Source of the DNA: Kineosporiaceae bacterium
GTDB lineage: Bacteria; Actinomycetota; Actinomycetes; Actinomycetales; Kineosporiaceae
Length of the DNA stretch: 64,000 nucleotides
Direction of reading: 5' to 3'
NCBI GenBank assembly: GCA_016794595.1
Contig: JAEUJN010000054.1
Location: 24,595-88,594 of the forward strand
The notes under the pieces were generated by a model. The model did no database searches. It was not told the DNA's origin and saw only the letters and a list, made by a program, of their open reading frames with translations. The stretch's first letter is position 1; the number at the start of each line of letters is the position of its first letter. Below, piece by piece: positions 57,856-64,000 of this stretch. A program made the position numbers and the translations under genes.

Positions 57856-59580
57856 TCAGCTCCCCTCACCCTCTGGCTCACTCTCCCGCATGGGCACTCG
57901 AACCCCCCGCTCGGACGCCACGCGGATCGCCTCGGGATAGCCCGCGTCCACGTGCCGGATCACTCCCATCTCCGGGTCGTTGGTCAGCACTCGGGCCAGT
58001 TTGGCTGCGGCGAGCGGGGTTCCGTCCGCGACGCTGACCTGACCGGCGTGAATCGACCGTCCGATCCCGACGCCGCCGCCGTGGTGGATCGAGACCCACG
58101 TGGCCCCGGACGACGCCGCGACCAGCCCGTTGAGCAACGGCCAGTCGGCGATCGCGTCCGACCCGTCGAGCATGGCCTCGGTCTCCCGGTAGGGGCTGGC
58201 CACCGAGCCGCAGTCGAGATGGTCCCGCCCGATCACGATCGGCGCGCTGATCTCACCCGAGGCGACCAGTTCGTTGAACCGCAGCCCGGCGACGTCCCGC
58301 TCGCCGTGACCCAACCAGCAGATCCGCGCCGGCATCCCCTGGAAGGCGACCTTCTCGGACGCCGCACGCAGCCACTTCTGCAGGTGGTCGTTGTCGGGGA
58401 ACAACTCCGCGACCGCGCGGTCGGTCACCGCGATGTCGCGCGGGTCGCCGGACAGTGCCGCCCAGCGGAAGGGACCCTTGCCCTCGCAGAACAGCGGGCG
58501 GATGTAGGCCGGCACGAACCCCGGGAAGGCGAAGGCGCGCTCGTAACCACCCTGGCGCGCCTCGTCGCGGATCGAGTTGCCGTAGTCGAACACCTCGGCT
58601 CCGGCGTCCAGGTACCCGACCATCGCCTCGACGTGTCGGGCCATCGAGGCCCGGGCCCGGTCGGTGAACTCCTCCGGCTTGGCCTCGGCGTAGTCGTGCC
58701 AGTCGGCCAGGTCGGTGCCCTCGGGCAGGTAGGCCAGCGGGTCGTGCGCACTGGTCTGGTCGGTGACGATGTCGACCTCGACGCCACGGCGGAGCAGTTC
58801 GGGGAGCACGACCGCGCAGTTGCCGACCAGCCCCACTGACAGGGCGCGGCCCTCGGCCTTGGCGGCGAGCACCCGGCGCAGCGCGTCGTCCAGGGCCGCC
58901 TCCCCCTCGCCGGTCGCCAGCTCGTCCAGGTACCGGGTCTCCACCCGGCGCTGCAGCCGGTGCGGGTCGACGTCCACGACCAGGCAGACCCCGTCGTTCA
59001 GGGTGACCGCGAGCGGCTGGGCCCCACCCATTCCGCCACAGCCCCCGGTCACGGTGAGCGTGCCCCGCAGGCTGCCCCCGAACCGCTTGGCCGCCACCGC
59101 GGCGAAGGTCTCGTAGGTGCCCTGCAGGATGCCCTGGGTGCCGATGTAGATCCAGGACCCTGCGGTCATCTGCCCGTACATGGTCAGGCCGAGGTGCTCC
59201 AGGCGCCGGAACTCCGGCCACGTGGCCCAGTCGCCGACCAGGTTGGAGTTGGCGATCAGCACCCGGGGCGCCCACTCGTGGGTGCGCATCACCCCTACCG
59301 GCCGGCCGGACTGCACCAGCAGCGTCTCGTCGTCCGCCAGGCTGGTCAGCGTGCGCACGATGGCGTCGAAGCTCGCCCAGTCGCGGGCGGCCTTGCCGGT
59401 GCCGCCGTAGACGACCAAGTCGTCGGGCCGCTCGGCGACGTCCGGGTCGAGGTTGTTCATCAGCATGCGCAGCGGCGCCTCGGTCTGCCAGGAGCGCGCG
59501 GTCAACCGGGTCCCGCGCGGGGCACGGACCGAGCGGACGACACGGGCCTCGTGCGGGTCGGGCGGGGTCGAGGCGCTCAT
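57856..59580 (-). CDS. hutU: Urocanate hydratase
   Basis: [49 protein letters not shown] 59580 is preceded by AAGGAG; the upstream part of the track ORF is discarded. Confidence 0.97.
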   Translation of the reverse strand: MSASTPPDPHEARVVRSVRAPRGTRLTARSWQTEAPLRMLMNNLDPDVAERPDDLVVYGGTGKAARDWASFDAIVRTLTSLADDETLLVQSGRPVGVMRTHEWAPRVLIANSNLVGDWATWPEFRRLEHLGLTMYGQMTAGSWIYIGTQGILQGTYETFAAVAAKRFGGSLRGTLTVTGGCGGMGGAQPLAVTLNDGVCLVVDVDPHRLQRRVETRYLDELATGEGEAALDDALRRVLAAKAEGRALSVGLVGNCAVVLPELLRRGVEVDIVTDQTSAHDPLAYLPEGTDLADWHDYAEAKPEEFTDRARASMARHVEAMVGYLDAGAEVFDYGNSIRDEARQGGYERAFAFPGFVPAYIRPLFCEGKGPFRWAALSGDPRDIAVTDRAVAELFPDNDHLQKWLRAASEKVAFQGMPARICWLGHGERDVAGLRFNELVASGEISAPIVIGRDHLDCGSVASPYRETEAMLDGSDAIADWPLLNGLVAASSGATWVSIHHGGGVGIGRSIHAGQVSVADGTPLAAAKLARVLTNDPEMGVIRHVDAGYPEAIRVASERGVRVPMRESEPEGEGS

Positions 59581-59682
59581 CGCAGTCTCCTTCGGGACGT
59601 CACCGGTCCACGCCGTCCTCCGCGTGGTGAGTCCACGCTGCCCTGCCGGCGCCCGGTCCGACATCCCTCGACCCGGTGATGC

Positions 59683-59700
59683 TGTCTGAGATGCCAGACA
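59683..59700. promoter_or_regulatory. Candidate hut operator palindrome upstream of hutU
   Basis: TGTCTG-AGATGC-CAGACA, nested inside an outer inverted repeat ACCCGGTGA (59671-59679) / TCACCGGGT (59705-59713). The same TGTCTG-N6-CAGACA lies upstream of hutH. Confidence 0.55.
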
Positions 59701-59734
59701 CCCCTCACCGGGTCGGTTCGTCGGAGATGATGGG

Positions 59735-60397
59735 GTGATGCCGAGCCCACGCGCCACGCCTGTCAGGACGCTGGTCGCGGCCATCGCGTTGCTCCCCGCA
59801 ACGGCCTGGCCCGCTCCCGCGGCCACGACCCCGGCCACCCTCCCACCCTTCACCTACAACGTGCACCGGGTGAGCGCGGCCGAACTCGGGGCATCGTGGC
59901 GTTCGGGATGCCCGGTCGCCCCGTCCTCCCTGCGCCGGATCAGGATGACCCACCTGGGCTGGGACGGCCGGGCCCGCACCGGGGATCTCGTGGTGCACAA
60001 CGACATCGCCGGACCGACCGTGGTCGCCTTCCGCCGGCTCTACACCCAGCGCTTCCCGATCCGGTCGATGCGCCCGATCTCGGTCTTCGGCGGCTCCGAC
60101 GACCGGTCGATGGCCGCCGACAACACCTCGGGATTCAACTGCCGCAAGGTCACCGGCGGCACGGGGTGGTCGCGACACGCCTTCGGGCGCGCGATCGACC
60201 TCAACCCGGTCGAGAACCCCTACGTGAAGGGCGCCACCGTGCTGCCGCCCGCCGGTGCCGCCTACGTCCGCCGCACCCCGGCCCGCAAGGGCATGCTGGT
60301 CGCCGGCACCCTGCCGGTCACCACCTTCACCGGCTACGGCTGGAGCTGGGGCGGAAACTACCGCTCGCTGAAGGACTTCCAGCACCTCGAACGTTGA
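59735..60397 (+). CDS. Secreted M15-family (VanY / D-Ala-D-Ala carboxypeptidase-like) metallopeptidase
   Basis: Signal peptide ([20 protein letters not shown]), [13 protein letters not shown], and the C-terminal DFQHLE. Confidence 0.7.
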   Translation: MMPSPRATPVRTLVAAIALLPATAWPAPAATTPATLPPFTYNVHRVSAAELGASWRSGCPVAPSSLRRIRMTHLGWDGRARTGDLVVHNDIAGPTVVAFRRLYTQRFPIRSMRPISVFGGSDDRSMAADNTSGFNCRKVTGGTGWSRHAFGRAIDLNPVENPYVKGATVLPPAGAAYVRRTPARKGMLVAGTLPVTTFTGYGWSWGGNYRSLKDFQHLER

Positions 60398-60406
60398 GGG
60401 ACGGCT

Positions 60407-62005
60407 TCAGACGAGCTCGCCCACCACCGCCTCGGCCGCGCCGGCCACCGCACCGGAGCGCACCAGGCGGGACACCAGCTCGATCTCGGGCGCGAGGTGA
60501 CGATCCGGGCCGGGGTCCCCGATACCGTTGCGGCGCATCAGGTCCACGACCGCTGCGCCGGCCGGCGAGGGGGCCAGCGGAGCCCGCAGCGCCAACGCCC
60601 GGGTGCCGGCCAGCACCTCGATCGCCAGGACGGCGCCCAGCGCCTCGACCGCGCGCCGCAGCTTGCGCGCTGCGTGCCAGCCCATCGAGACGTGGTCCTC
60701 CTGCATCGCCGAGGAGGGGATCGAGTCGACGCTGGCCGGCACCGCGAGCCGCTTCAGCTCGCTGACCAGCCCGGCCGCCGTGTACTGGGCGATCATCAGC
60801 CCGGAATCCACCCCGGCATCGGCCGCCAGGAACGGCGGCAGCCCGTGGCTGCGCGCGCGGTCGAGGAACCGGTCCGTGCGCCGCTCACTGATGCTCGCGA
60901 CGTCCGCGGCGGCAATGGCCAGGAAGTCGAGCACGTACCCGACCGGCGCCCCGTGGAAGTTCCCGTTGCTCTCCACCCGCCCGTCCAGGGTCACCACCGG
61001 GTTGTCGATCACGGAGGCCAGCTCGCGCTCGGCCACGGCCTGCGCGTGATCCAGGGTGTCCCGGGCCGCGCCGTGCACCTGCGGGGAGCACCGCAGCGAG
61101 TAGGCGTCCTGCACCCGGGTGCAATCCGGCGTCCGGTGGCTGTCCATGATCGCGGACGACGCGAGCAGCCGCCGCAGGTTGTCCGCGCTGGCCGCCTGTC
61201 CGGGGTGGGGACGCAGAGCCATCAGGTCGGCCGCGAAGGCTCGGTCGGTGCCCAGCTGGGCCTCGACCGAGAGCGCGGCCGCGACGTCCGCCGTGCGCAG
61301 CAGCAGCCGCAGGTCGGCGAGCGCCAGGGCGAGCATGCCCAGCATGCCGTCGGTCCCGTTGATCAGCGCCAGACCTTCCTTGGCACCCAGGGTCAGCGGC
61401 CTCAGGCCCGCCTGCGCCAGCGCCTCGGCGGCCGGACGGCGAACGCCCGCGACATCGGTCACCTCGCCCTCCCCGCAGGCGGTCAGGGCGATGGCGGACA
61501 GCGGGGCCAGGTCACCGGAACACCCCAGCGACCCGAACTCGTGCACGTCGGGGGTGATCCCGGCATTCAGCATGCCCGCGTAGAGCTCGACCGTGGCCGG
61601 CCGGACGCCGGTGCGGCCACTGGCCAGGGTGCGCAAGCGCAGCACCATCAGCGCCCGCACCACCTCGGGCTCGACCAGCGTGCCGGCGCCCGCCGCGTGC
61701 GAACGGATCAGGGAGCGCTGCAGCCGCTCACGATCGGCTGGGGCGATGTGCCGCGTCGCGAGTGCCCCGAAACCGGTCGAGACGCCGTAGACCGGACGCT
61801 CGGCCGCCGCCAGTTCCTCGATGACGGCACGGGTGGCAGCCACCCCGGCGAGCGCGGCGTCGGCGAGCACCACCGGAGCGCCGTGCCGGGCCACCGCCAC
61901 CACCTGCCGAACGCTCAGCGGCGAGGCATCCACGACGACTGCGGACGGCGGGGCCACATCCAGGGGGCCCAGGGGGCCCGAGGGAACGGTCATGCCGTGC
62001 AGCAC
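60407..62005 (-). CDS. hutH: Histidine ammonia-lyase
   Basis: YGVSTGFGALA, the MIO-forming region GSLGCSGDLAPLS (Cys-Ser-Gly instead of the textbook Ala-Ser-Gly), NGTDGM and QEDHVSMG. Confidence 0.95.
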   Translation of the reverse strand: MLHGMTVPSGPLGPLDVAPPSAVVVDASPLSVRQVVAVARHGAPVVLADAALAGVAATRAVIEELAAAERPVYGVSTGFGALATRHIAPADRERLQRSLIRSHAAGAGTLVEPEVVRALMVLRLRTLASGRTGVRPATVELYAGMLNAGITPDVHEFGSLGCSGDLAPLSAIALTACGEGEVTDVAGVRRPAAEALAQAGLRPLTLGAKEGLALINGTDGMLGMLALALADLRLLLRTADVAAALSVEAQLGTDRAFAADLMALRPHPGQAASADNLRRLLASSAIMDSHRTPDCTRVQDAYSLRCSPQVHGAARDTLDHAQAVAERELASVIDNPVVTLDGRVESNGNFHGAPVGYVLDFLAIAAADVASISERRTDRFLDRARSHGLPPFLAADAGVDSGLMIAQYTAAGLVSELKRLAVPASVDSIPSSAMQEDHVSMGWHAARKLRRAVEALGAVLAIEVLAGTRALALRAPLAPSPAGAAVVDLMRRNGIGDPGPDRHLAPEIELVSRLVRSGAVAGAAEAVVGELV

Positions 62006-62048
62006 ACCATCGAGCAGAGGCGGACGGGGACCCCCGAACGCTCGATGC

Positions 62049-62066
62049 TGTCTGTCATCTCAGACA
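62049..62066. promoter_or_regulatory. Candidate hut operator palindrome upstream of hutH
   Basis: TGTCTG-TCATCT-CAGACA, preceded by GATGC exactly as at the hutU site. It lies 44-61 bp upstream of the hutH start. Confidence 0.55.
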
Positions 62067-62217
62067 CCTCGGACCCGCCGGGTCACGACCACTGGGGGCC
62101 CTCTAGTGTGAGGGTCGCAACACCCCGAATGGGGTCGGGCCACCGGTAAAGTATCTTGACGTCGAGATTCTTGCGGCACATTCACGCCAGCACGTCGAAG
62201 CCAGCAAAGGAGCTGTG

Positions 62218-64000
<1,783 letters not shown>

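Noticed and set aside
56422-58839. 805-aa plus-strand ORF
   Set aside because: It is antisense to the radical SAM gene and hutU, with no motifs.
62156-62184. TTGACG-N17-CATTCA as an icd promoter
   Set aside because: The -10 candidate does not fit the actinobacterial TANNNT pattern, so I left it unannotated.

Overview
High-GC actinobacterial chromosomal segment. Third codon positions are almost uniformly G/C, so many long antisense shadow ORFs in the track are artefacts. I call about 57 protein-coding genes, 1 pseudogene and 1 TPP riboswitch. I found no rRNA, tRNA, CRISPR array, or transposase, integrase or phage gene. Two genes are missing from the ORF track because they run off the window edges: an FtsX-like permease at the left edge and monomeric icd at the right edge. 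The backbone consists of clpB; the dnaK-grpE-dnaJ-hspR operon; hrpA; icd; histidine-utilisation genes (hutH, hutU, an M20 amidohydrolase, hutF, hutI); a TPP-riboswitch-controlled ykoEDC-type ECF importer; and mmuM, cinA and tam. clpB and the dnaK operon are each preceded by HspR-operator (HAIR) inverted repeats. Four observations deserve follow-up. (1) There are two separate ApbE flavin-transferase modules. One is paired with a Tat-lipoprotein DUF2271 protein and a PepSY membrane protein. The other sits in a tightly coupled operon (anchor protein, ApbE, di-haem ferric-reductase-like membrane protein, NuoF-like protein, ferredoxin) behind a two-component system, with no recognisable flavinylation substrate. 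(2) The hut operon is interrupted by a B12-binding radical SAM gene, a signal-less 662-aa metzincin-motif protein and a possible 19-codon coupled micro-ORF. (3) A roughly 105-bp palindromic intergenic element built from 21-bp-phased TCATGCTCCGC units occurs three times, upstream of clpB, dnaK and a tetR gene. (4) A shared TGTCTG-N6-CAGACA palindrome lies upstream of hutU and hutH. Operons here commonly use 4-nt GTGA/ATGA stop-start overlaps. All calls come from reading the sequence and from remembered family signatures; no searches were run.
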